DNA of 64,000 nt from Candidatus Dormiibacterota bacterium (GTDB lineage Bacteria; Chloroflexota; Dormibacteria; Aeolococcales; Aeolococcaceae). The notes beneath the pieces are model-generated. The model was not told where the DNA came from. It saw only the letters and a program-made list of their open reading frames with translations, and searched no databases. Both the position numbers and the translations under genes were made by a program. Positions 30,990 through 40,560 of this stretch are shown piece after piece. Each line of letters opens with the position of its first letter. Position 1 is the stretch's first letter. The stretch is taken from NCBI GenBank assembly GCA_963709585.1, contig CAVPXI010000023.1, positions 160,001 to 224,000 of the forward strand. Direction: 5' to 3'.

Positions 30990-31866
30990 GGACGCGCGCG
31001 CCGAGCGCGCACGCCATCCGCTCGATCTGACCGATCCCAGGACGCTCACGGCAGTGGCGCGGCGCGTCGGGCTCCGACGGGACACGAGCCTCGGCCAGCA
31101 TTTCCTCGTCGATCGCGACGTGCTGGACGCCATTGTCGAGGCGCTCGGACCGGGACCCGACAGCGAGGTGCTCGAGATCGGTTGCGGGCTCGGTACGCTC
31201 ACCGGCGCGCTGGCGGCGCGAGCCCGCCGGGTGGTCGCCATCGACATCGACCCGGCGTGCGTTGCGGGGACCGAGATCACGCAGCGGGCGCATCCCAACG
31301 TCACCGTGCTCGAAGCCGACGCCCGGACACTCGATCCGGCCGCGCTCGGCTTCACCGCCGGCTGGCTCGCGACGGGCAACCTTCCGTACCAGCTCACCGG
31401 CCTTGTCTTGATGCGCCTCGTCGAGGCCGAGCAGCCACCCGCTCGCGCCGTCGTGCTCGTGCAGCGTGAGGTGGCGGCGAGGCTCGCCGCCGGGCCCGGG
31501 GACTGGAGCCTTGCGACCGTCGCGATTCGATCGCTCGCCGGCGTCGAGCGCATCCTCGACGTGCCGCCGAGCGCCTTCGATCCGCCCCCGGCGGTGCACT
31601 CGTCGATCATCAGGATCGTGCCGGCGGCCAAGGCGGACCCGGCGATTCGAGCCTCGATGCTGGCGCTTGCCAAACCACTCTTCCAGTCGCGGCGCAAGAC
31701 CCTTCGCAACGGCGTGTCGCGGGTGCTCGGCGGCGACCTCGCCGGCGCCGGGGTCGCGCTGGCGGACGCGGGCATCGATCCGGGGCGCCGGCCCGGTACG
31801 CTTCGCCTTGATGAGTGGGAACTCCTCGCGCGCGCGGTCGCGGAGGTGAGGTTGGTGAGGCGATGA
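30982..31866 (+). CDS. rsmA: 16S rRNA dimethyladenosine transferase
   Basis: LGQHFL, LEIGCGLGTLT, NLPY, QREVA.R, F..RRKTLRN. Confidence 0.95.
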   Translation: MPEDARAERARHPLDLTDPRTLTAVARRVGLRRDTSLGQHFLVDRDVLDAIVEALGPGPDSEVLEIGCGLGTLTGALAARARRVVAIDIDPACVAGTEITQRAHPNVTVLEADARTLDPAALGFTAGWLATGNLPYQLTGLVLMRLVEAEQPPARAVVLVQREVAARLAAGPGDWSLATVAIRSLAGVERILDVPPSAFDPPPAVHSSIIRIVPAAKADPAIRASMLALAKPLFQSRRKTLRNGVSRVLGGDLAGAGVALADAGIDPGRRPGTLRLDEWELLARAVAEVRLVRR

Positions 31867-33263
31867 GGCGGCAGCCCATCACCAGCCCCCCAAGCGAGCC
31901 CGAGGAGGACGGTGTGGTCGCGCCCCTCCACGCCTCGCGCCCCGCGATCGGGGCAGCTTCCGAACAGCGCCAGGGATTCGCCGCCGTCCTGCGCCGCCGC
32001 GACTTCCGCTATCTCTGGGGCGCCCAATTGGCGTCGCAGCTCGCCGACAAGTTCCTCATGTTCACGCTGCTCGTCTTCATGTACACGCTGACGCGGCGCG
32101 CATCGCTGCAGTCGGTGCTGATGATCGCGTACACGCTGCCGAGTGTCCTGCTCAGCGCTCCTGCGGGCGTGTACGCGGATCGCCACGACAAGCGAGCGCT
32201 GATGGTCGGAACCAACGTCGTCCGAGGCGCGCTCATCCTGTTAATCCCGCTCGCGCAATTGATCCCGGTGCTCCGAGGCCAAGCGTGGCCGTTGATCGTG
32301 ATCACCCTGCTGTTCAGCTCGGCGGGGCAGATCTTCGCACCGGCCGAGGCAGCGAGCATTCCAACCCTCGTGAACCGGCAGCAGATCACCGAGGCGACAT
32401 CACTGTTCATGACCACGGTCATCCTCACGCTGGTGCTCGGCGTCCCCGCGGCAACCATCGCGATCGGCTTCTTCGGCAACCAGGCGCCCTTCTACATCGC
32501 CACCGGGCTGTTCGGGCTTGCCGCTCTCTCGGTGTGGAAGGTGAGCGTCAGCCTTCGCGCCGAGAAGGTCGTCAGCGGAACCGCGACGAACATTCTTCGC
32601 GAATTGCGCGACGGCATCGACATCCTTCGTCGGAGCCCACCGCTGCGTCTCGGCCTCTACCAGCTCACGCTCGCGATCGTGGTCGTTTTCACCATCTTCG
32701 CGCTGGGGCCCGTGTACCTCGTGGAAGTGCTCAATCGCTCGGATACCGAGACCTATATCGTCCTCGTCCCGGCGATGTTCGGGCTGATCGCGACCGCCGC
32801 GTTGCTCGCCCAGCGCCCGAATTTCCCGCGTGCGAAAACGCTGGTCGCGGCGATCGGCGCAGCCGGCCTGTCGCTGCTGATCATGGGCATCGTGCCGGAT
32901 GTGCTCCGCACCCACGGTCTTCCGGGGCTGATGGTTCCGCTCGCGGTTGCCGTTGGAGTGCTGTTCGGGTGCGCGCTGGGCGCGATGCTCATCCCAGGCT
33001 TCACGGTGCTGCAGGAACGGACCGACACCGAAAGTCGTGGTCGGATCTTCGGCGGCATCTTCACGGTGATCAATGCGGCGGTGGCGATTCCGCTGTTGCT
33101 CGCCGGTGTCATCTCTGACCTGATCGGCGTGGCCCGCGTAGTCGCCGCGCTTGGCGCGATTCTCATCGTCCTCGCGGTCGCGATCCGATGGTTTGGGTGG
33201 CAGCGTCTCAAAGTGCTCGAACCGGATCCGCTGTCTGTCGCGGTGAGCCTCGACCAGACCTGA
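31863..33263 (+). CDS. MFS transporter (DHA3-like)
   Basis: About 12 TM helices; FRYLWGAQLASQLAD, AGVYADRHDKR, RGRIFG. Confidence 0.9.
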   Translation: MRRQPITSPPSEPEEDGVVAPLHASRPAIGAASEQRQGFAAVLRRRDFRYLWGAQLASQLADKFLMFTLLVFMYTLTRRASLQSVLMIAYTLPSVLLSAPAGVYADRHDKRALMVGTNVVRGALILLIPLAQLIPVLRGQAWPLIVITLLFSSAGQIFAPAEAASIPTLVNRQQITEATSLFMTTVILTLVLGVPAATIAIGFFGNQAPFYIATGLFGLAALSVWKVSVSLRAEKVVSGTATNILRELRDGIDILRRSPPLRLGLYQLTLAIVVVFTIFALGPVYLVEVLNRSDTETYIVLVPAMFGLIATAALLAQRPNFPRAKTLVAAIGAAGLSLLIMGIVPDVLRTHGLPGLMVPLAVAVGVLFGCALGAMLIPGFTVLQERTDTESRGRIFGGIFTVINAAVAIPLLLAGVISDLIGVARVVAALGAILIVLAVAIRWFGWQRLKVLEPDPLSVAVSLDQT

Positions 33264-33377
33264 TCGCAAATCTGCAACGACGGTGTCGCGGACCGGTGGA
33301 TTGACTGGCGCGCGCGAAGGCCGGTGGGAAGCTCCGAGGCCTTGCGGACCGGACTGGCCGGCCCCGGCGGAGGAGTC

Positions 33378-33569
33378 ATGCGAGCGGTCGTCACGTGTGA
33401 GTGCTGCGGACACCGGCAGGCGATTGCCCGCCAGATCGTCCACCCTGAGTCCTTCAACCTCATTTGCCACAGCTGCGAAGGCGTGCTGCGGGTCGAGGTG
33501 ACCATGGGTGACCTACAGGCGGCCCAGCACGCAACTGGCAAGAAGAGCCAGCCGGTCGCCTGGGTCTGA
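33378..33569 (+). CDS. Small zinc-ribbon-like protein
   Basis: GGAGGAG RBS; CECC...CHSC pairs in 63 aa. Confidence 0.65.
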   Translation: MRAVVTCECCGHRQAIARQIVHPESFNLICHSCEGVLRVEVTMGDLQAAQHATGKKSQPVAWV

Positions 33570-33635
33570 GGTCGCTATCGCGGAGTCCCGGGGGAGGCGC
33601 TGGTATCATCGAGGGCGCTCACGCTTGGGAGCCAG

Positions 33636-33712
33636 GGGCGCATAGCTCAGTTGGTACGAGCGCTGCGTTGACATCGCAGAGGTCATAGGTTCGATCCCTA
33701 TTGCGCCCACCA
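33636..33712 (+). tRNA. tRNA-Val(GAC)
   Basis: Acceptor GGGCGCA/TGCGCCC, D-arm TAGCTCAGTTGGT, anticodon stem CTGCG-TTGACAT-CGCAG, GGTTCGATCC, encoded CCA; TGGTATCAT extended -10 at 33601. Confidence 0.97.
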
Positions 33713-33901
33713 CTGGTTTTGAATACAGACCAACTGGCTACAGCGGTCCGTTGACTGCCTCCAGAAGAACGTAGGCGCTCAGGAGACATGTTCGGCCATC
33801 GTTATGTGCGCGTAAGCGCAAGGGTACCAGCGCGGATATCATGCACTCCCGCCCAGGAGTGCCGTAGTAGTCGGTGGGTGTATCGATAGCCGGGAGGGGC
33901 G

Positions 33902-34831
33902 ATGCCGAGCGCCGATGAGATCCGAGACAGTCAGCGGGCGGCGTGGGCCGGGCTCTCTTCGGGCTGGGAGAAGTGGGACTCGGTCATCATGGATCAGCTG
34001 GGCCCAGTCAGCGCAGCGATTATCGAGCGTCTCGACATCGCTGAAGATCATCAGCATCTCGACATCGCCACAGGTACGGGTGAGCCGGGTTTGAGCATCG
34101 CAAGACGGTCGCCGAAGGGACGCGTGATGCTGACCGACCTCGTTCCGGAGATGCTGGACATAGCCGCGCGACGAGCCAGGGCGCAAGGGATCGCCAATAT
34201 CGAGACGAAGGTGTGCAGCGCCGATGATCTGCCGTTCAACGACGCCACATTCGATAGCGTGTCCGTGCGTTTTGGGTACATGTTCTTCCCCGACGTGGCC
34301 AAGGCGACGGCCGAGTTCGCGCGCGTGCTCAAGCAGGGCGGACGTCTCTGCTCGTCGGTATGGGTCAAGCCCGAGGAAAACCCGTGGACGATGATCGCCA
34401 TGCGGGCAATCGCGACCGAGGAGGTGGTGGCGCCACCCGACCGGGATGGGCCGAATATGTTTCGGTGCGCTGCCCCAGGATATGTCAGTACCCTGTACGA
34501 GGGCGCGGGGCTGCGCGACGTTGTCGAGTGGGACGTCGACGTCGAACTCGTGACGCGATCGCCCGAGCAGTATTGGGAGATGATCAGCGAGCACGTCTCG
34601 CTCGCCGTTGCGGCGCTTCAGCAGGTCGACGAACCGGCGCGCGAGCGGATTCGGGCAAACGCCATTGCGAAGGTGAGCGCGTTCGAGAAGGACGGCAAGA
34701 TCCGGGTTCCGGGCGTGGCGCGGTGCATCGTCGGAACGAAACAGGATGCGACCGGCACGCGTTCCCGCGACGGCGCGCGATCCACCAACGCGAGCTGGCC
34801 AACCCAGCCGTTGGACGAAGCAGCGCCATAG
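33902..34831 (+). CDS. Class I SAM-dependent methyltransferase (UbiE-like)
   Basis: LDIATGTGEPG, LPFNDATFD, RVLKQGG. Confidence 0.9.
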   Translation: MPSADEIRDSQRAAWAGLSSGWEKWDSVIMDQLGPVSAAIIERLDIAEDHQHLDIATGTGEPGLSIARRSPKGRVMLTDLVPEMLDIAARRARAQGIANIETKVCSADDLPFNDATFDSVSVRFGYMFFPDVAKATAEFARVLKQGGRLCSSVWVKPEENPWTMIAMRAIATEEVVAPPDRDGPNMFRCAAPGYVSTLYEGAGLRDVVEWDVDVELVTRSPEQYWEMISEHVSLAVAALQQVDEPARERIRANAIAKVSAFEKDGKIRVPGVARCIVGTKQDATGTRSRDGARSTNASWPTQPLDEAAP

Positions 34832-34950
34832 CTGCCGATCGGCGCTGCGTCCTTGCGCGATGTAGCGCGCCGGAACGCGCGTCCTCGACGAAGCCGTTCG
34901 GAGACACGGCAAACGTTGGCCGGGACGCTCACTCAGAGTAGGTTTGACAG

Positions 34951-35472
34951 GTGTTCGAGCTGGAGCGGCTTCGCCCCGACCACGAGGCGGCGATCCTCGA
35001 TTTTGAGCTCGCGAACCGCGCGTACTTCGCCGAGTCGATCAGCGATCGTGGCGATGATTTCTATGAGCACTTCGCGGAGAGATACCGCACGCTCCTCGCC
35101 GAGCAAGAAGCCGGGCTCAGCATCGGTCACGTCCTTGTCGATGAGCACGGGACGGTCGTCGGCCGTTTCAACCTGTACGAGCTCGTGGATGGGACCGCGG
35201 AGGTCGGTTATCGCATCGCGCAACTCGTCGCGGGTCGTGGCGTGGCGACGTCCGGATTGCAGCGCATGTGCCGGCTTGCCCGCGATGAGTACGGGCTTCG
35301 GACGCTCTGGGCGTCGACCAGCAACGAGAATGCCGCTTCTAGGCGGGTGCTGACGAGGGCAGGGTTTGTTGGCGTTGGACCGGTTGAGGTTGGCGGCCGG
35401 CAAGGAGCGCGGTATGAGCTCGCGTTGGCGAGCCTCCGACCCACGGAGGTCACCGCTCGAGGGGATCTCTAG
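34951..35472 (+). CDS. GNAT acetyltransferase (RimJ/RimL-like)
   Basis: AEVGYRI...GRGVAT, NAASRRVL.RAGF. Confidence 0.9.
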   Translation: MFELERLRPDHEAAILDFELANRAYFAESISDRGDDFYEHFAERYRTLLAEQEAGLSIGHVLVDEHGTVVGRFNLYELVDGTAEVGYRIAQLVAGRGVATSGLQRMCRLARDEYGLRTLWASTSNENAASRRVLTRAGFVGVGPVEVGGRQGARYELALASLRPTEVTARGDL

Positions 35473-35585
35473 CCGCGACGACGGCAACTCATCGCCTCGG
35501 ACTTGGAGCGGCGCCGCGCTCCCTCAGGTGTTATTGCCGCAAATGGCGGTAACCCACGCGGGGGACCACATTGTCCGTGCTGCGA

Positions 35586-35606
35586 CGAACAGGTGTTTGG
35601 TACAAT
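35586..35606 (+). promoter_or_regulatory. LexA/SOS box (CGAAC-AGGT-GTTTG) abutting an extended -10 (TGG-TACAAT)
   Basis: Gram-positive-type GAAC-N4-GTTY motif directly upstream of the DUF222/HNH gene. Confidence 0.7.
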
Positions 35607-35612
35607 GTGCCA

Positions 35613-36792
35613 ATGGAAGCGTTCGCCGTACCGGATGCGCGAGAGCGTTTAGACGAAGCTGTTCTCGACGCACGCCCTGGGTGCGGACCTGGCCGACATC
35701 CGGCGGGCCGTCGATCGGCTCGAAGCAGAGTTCATCCGTCGCTTGCATCGCTTCCATTGCGCTCGCGGAGCGCTGGCCGATGGCGGGGTGAGCACGGTGT
35801 CCTGGCTGCGATCCAACTGCGGCATGACGGTGAAGGCAGCCGCCTACCGCGTGCACCTGGCACGGATGCTGGGCGAGTTGCCGGCCACGCTCGACAGCGC
35901 CCGTGCCGGTCGCGCCTCCTTCGGCAACGTGACCATGATCGCCCACCTCGCCGAGGATGTCGGCGTGGAGCAGGTGGCGCCGCTCGAGAGCATCCTGGTC
36001 GGAGCGGCCGAGTCGCTCGATCCTGGTGCCATGCGCACCCTCACCCAGGTGACCCGGCTGCGCCTCGACCCCGATGGCGTGCTCGCCGATGACAACCACG
36101 CCCACGAGCGCCGCTGGTTCGAGTGCGACCAGACCTATGGCGGCGTGTTCGTCCTGCGTGGTGAGCTCGATGCCGAAGGCGGTGCGCTGGTGAAGACCGC
36201 GATCGATGCGCTCAGTCACGGTATGAGCCGTGGAGAGACGCGGACGGGGTCGCAGCGCCGTGCCGACGCGCTGGTCGATCTTGCCGCCACCCAGCTGCGC
36301 TGCGGTGACCACCGCGACGTGCACGGGCAGCGGCCGCATCTCATGGTCACGGTGAGCGCGGAAACGCTGCGCTCTGGGGCCGATGCACAGCCTGCCGAGT
36401 TGAGCGGCGTAGGCCCGATCCACCCGGAGACCGCGCGCCGCATCGCCTGTGACGCGGTGCGAACGCTGGTGACGGTTGCGCCGCCTGCTGATGGTTTGGC
36501 CTGGACGGCAAGGAGTACGAGTGTGAGGCCGCTCTCGGTCGGCCGGGCCACACGCACGATCCCCGCACACATCCGCACCGCGCTGAACCTCCGCGACCAG
36601 GGCTGCCGCTTCCCGGGGTGCGACCGCCCGCCGGCGTGGACCGATGGACACCACATCATTTACTGGCCGGACGGTCCAACCGAGGTCGACAATCTGGTCT
36701 CCCTCTGCCGGCCGCACCACCGCGCGGTGCACGAGCAGGGTTGGCGCATCCACATCGCTGACGGAATTGCCGTCGTGGATCCGCCACCCTGA
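35613..36792 (+). CDS. DUF222 (13E12 repeat) / HNH endonuclease; indel near 35670, possibly degenerate
   Basis: QRRADALV, RPHLMVTV, ARRIACDA, RDQGCRFPGC, HHI..W.DG...NLV.LC..HH..VH. Confidence 0.85.
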
Positions 36793-36959
36793 ACGAAAGC
36801 GCGATGCCGCCCAGCGGCGTTTCCGGGACAGCGAGCTCAGCAATCTCGGATGCTGCCGGCCTGGGATGTTGGGACGCGGACGCCGGTCAAAGCCCAGATG
36901 GTCCCGGCCGTCCGCCATGATTCCCTCTGGCTCTATCCGCGGCCAAGGGAGCGTCGAGG

Positions 36960-39900
36960 TTGTCCTGTTCCAACTGTGGGTCCGAGAATCACGCGGGCAG
37001 TAAGTTCTGCAAGCAGTGTGGCGCTGCGATGGCGCGCACCTGTCCGAAGTGCTCTACACCGGTCGACCCGGATGCGAGCTTTTGCAGCGAGTGTGGCGCG
37101 CCCCTGGGGGCCGCACCCACAGGTCGGGTCTTCGCGAGCTCCTCGCCACCGTCGAACGACGCCGACACGGCGACAGCGGAACGCCGGCTGGTCTCGGTGC
37201 TCTTCGCCGACCTGGTGGGCTTTACCGCACTGTCAGAGAAGCGCGATGCGGAGGAAGTGCGCGACCTGCTGACCCGCTACTTCGACACCTGCCGTTCCGT
37301 TGTGAGCCGCTACGGCGGAGTGGTGGAGAAGTTCATCGGGGACGCCGTGATGGCCGTGTGGGGCGCGCCCGCTGCCCACGAAGACGATGCCGAGCGGGCC
37401 GTACGCGCTGCGTTGGATCTGATCGAGGCGGTATCCGCGCTCGGTGGCGAGATCGGGGAGCTTGGGTTGCAGGCCCGGGCCGGGGTACTCACCGGCTCGG
37501 CCGCGGTCACGGTTGGCGCGGACACCCAGGGCATGGTCGCCGGCGACCTGGTCAACACTGCGTCGCGTATCCAAGCCGAGGCTAAGCCGGGCACGGTCCT
37601 CGTCGGCGACGCCACCCGAGGGGCGACTGAAGCGGCCGTGGTGTACGAGGACACCGGCGAGCATTCGCTCAGAGGGAAGGCTGAGCCGATACGCCTGTGG
37701 CGAGCGCGTCGTGTCGTGGCCATGCGTGGTGGCGCGCAGAAATCTGAGGGGCTCGAGGCGCCGTTCGTGGGTCGCGACCGCGAGCTGCGCCTCATCAAGG
37801 ATCTCTTCCACGCCAGTGCGGAACAACACAAAGCCCACCTCGTCTCCGTTGTGGGAATCGCGGGGATCGGCAAGTCGCGGCTCTGCTGGGAGTTCTTCAA
37901 GTACATCGACGGCATCGCTGAAGGAGTCTTTACGCATCGTGGCCGCTGCCTCGCCTACGGCGAGGGCGTGACGTATTGGGCACTGGCGGAGATGGTCCGG
38001 ATGCGCGCACGAATCACAGAGGCAGAGGACCCCGCCTCTGCGCTTGCGAAGCTGCAAGCCTGCGTTGCCGAGTTTGTGCCCGATCCAGATGAGCGGCGCT
38101 GGGTGGAGCCGCGGTTGGCTCAACTCCTGGCTCTCGAGGAGCGCGCTCCCCAGGAACGCGAAGACCTCTTCAGCGCCTGGCGACTTTTCTTCGAACGACT
38201 CGCTGACAGGGAGCCGACGGTGCTGGTATTCGAGGACATGCAGTGGGCGGACACCTCGCTGCTCGAGTTCATCGAATACCTGCTGGAGTGGTCCCGTAAC
38301 CACGCGCTCTTCGTGGTGACCGCTGCTCGGCCGGAGCTGGTCGATCGGCACCCGACCTGGGGAGCGGGCAAGCGCAACTTCACCGCGGTCTTCCTCGAGC
38401 CTCTCGCGGCGACCGCGATGGAACAGCTGCTCGACGGGCTGGTGCCTGGATTGCCCGACGAGCTCCGGGAGCAGATCCTGCAACGGGCGGAAGGGGTCCC
38501 TCTGTACGCAGTGGAAACGGTGCGCATGCTGCTCGATCGCGGCCTGCTCGAGCGCGCCGGAAGCGTGTATCGGCTGACGGGGGCCGTCGAGGACCTGGAG
38601 GTACCCCAAACGCACGGAACTCATTGCAGCTCGCCTTGACGGACTGCGTCCGGAGGCGCGGCGGGTGCTCCAGGACGCGGCTGTTCTCGGCAAGACCTTC
38701 ACGTTGAACTCGTTGGCCGCCGTGACTGGGCTGCCGCCGGTGGACCTCCAGGCGATGCTCACCGAGCTGGTGCGCAAGGAGGTGCTCTCAGTGCAGGCGG
38801 ATCCACGCTCGCCGGAGCGGGGCCAATACGGGTTCCTGCAGGACCTGGTCAAACGGGTGGCCTACGAGACGCTCTCCAAGCGGGATCGGAAAGAAAGGCA
38901 TCTCGCCGTGGCTGCCTGGTACGAGAACTCCTGGGGCGGCGAGGAGAGCGACGTCGTCGAGGTGGTCGCTGCGCACTACCTCGAGGCGTACAACCTCGCT
39001 CCGCAGGATCCCGATGCCGACCGGGTGAAGGACCGCGCCGCGGACGTGCTCTTCCAAGCTGGCGAGCGCGCAGCGTCCCTGGCTGCAAACTCGGAGGCAG
39101 AGCGCTACTTCGAGCAAGCAGCCCGCCTGGTGCCGGACTCGGCACGGCAGGCCGAGATGCACGAACGCGCTGGTCAGATGGCGGCGCGCTCAGGCCGCAA
39201 CGCGGTTGCCATCTCGCACCTGGAACGAGCCATCACGCTGTACGAGAGCGAGAACCTGCCCCACCCGGCGGCACGCGCGCTGTCTCGTTTGGGTCTGGTG
39301 GAGGCCGTGAGCGGGCAGTTGGACCGATCGGTGCAGCGGATGGAGCGCGCGTTCGCGGTTCTGGCCAACGACCCGCCGGATGAGGATCTTGCCACGCTCG
39401 CGGTCCGGCTCGGATCGGTGCTGTATTTCAATGGCGATACCGATACCGCGAGCAAGCGTATCGAGGCCGCGCTCGACATCGCCGAGAAGCTGGGGTTACC
39501 CGAGGTCCTCTCCCAAGCCTTGAACGTTAAGGCCATTCTCGCTATGCAACGCCGGCACGGCGAGGAGGCGATGGCTCTCTTCGCTCATGCGTTGAAGCTT
39601 GGGCTGGACAATGACCTGCCCACAGCCACGATTCGCGCTCATTTCAATCTCGCAGACCTGCTGTGCCAGCGGGACCGCTACGTTGAGGCCCTCGATCATT
39701 ATCGCAGCGCGCTTGCCCTGTCGAGGAAGATCGGAGACAGATCATTCGAGCGCGGCACGATCTGCGACCTTGCGCTGAACCTCGTACGAGTGGGCGAATG
39801 GGATGAGGCCGCCGAATTTGCCGCAACCATCGCCGAAGAGGACATGCGCAGCGCGCCGACGGACGTCATCTCGCTACTTGTTGTCGGTGAGATGTACGCC

Positions 39901-40500
39901 GATCGGGGCCAGATTGTGGAGGTCGAGAACCTTCTGTCCTGGACCGCGCAACTTGCGTCGTCAGATGATTGGCAGGCGCGCACTTCTTTCGTCTCAGGTC
40001 GCGCGTGCCTCCTGCGTGCCCAGGGCAGATACCGCGAGGCGCTCGCGGAGGCCGAGGAGGCGATCAAGGTGGCTGTCGAATTCGGCGGGGTGGGACATCA
40101 GGCCGTCAAGGCCGGATTTCGGACGGCGTGCAACTCTGCGTTCGCCCTGGGCGACACAGCAAAGATGGATGAACTCCTCGCCTTCGTCGACCGTCTTGGT
40201 CCAGGCGAACGGCCACCGTATCTGCATGCTCAAGCGACGCGGTTTCACGCCCGACTAGGCGACACGGAAGCCATTGAACCGTCGTTCATCGAGGCCGAGG
40301 AGAGCTTCGCTGAGCTGGGGATGCCTTTTTGGCTCGCGGTAGTTCGATTTGAGCACGCGGAATGGCTCTCGACAAATGGCAGGCAGGCTGAGGCCACCCC
40401 GATGATGACCCTTGCGACGCAAGAGTTCGAGCGCCTTGAGGCGCGCCCGTGGCTCGACCGCGCGAGGCAATCAGCCCCTGGGGCGGTCACGGTTTCTTGA
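36960..40500 (+). CDS. Double zinc-ribbon / class III nucleotide cyclase / STAND AAA NTPase / TPR protein 1 (indel near 38612)
   Basis: Four CxxC pairs; LFADLVGFT, EKFIGDAVM, GDLVNTASR; GIAGIGKSRL, FEDMQWAD, GVPLY; TPR-like helices in ORF 38665-40500. Confidence 0.92.
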
Positions 40501-40560
40501 TTGCCGGCTGTCATGCGTTCCCCTTCGGGAGAGCCGCCAATACTGACTGGCGGCGGCGGC

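Noticed and set aside
29784-32186. Long antisense and alternate-frame ORFs (e.g. 800 aa here, 142-1995, 51075-52850)
   Set aside because: Shadow ORFs of well-supported genes in high-GC DNA, with no recognisable motifs
34944-34958. Second SOS box (TGAC-AGGT-GTTCG) at the GNAT start
   Set aside because: The left half-site mismatches the GAAC core and overlaps coding sequence; too weak to call
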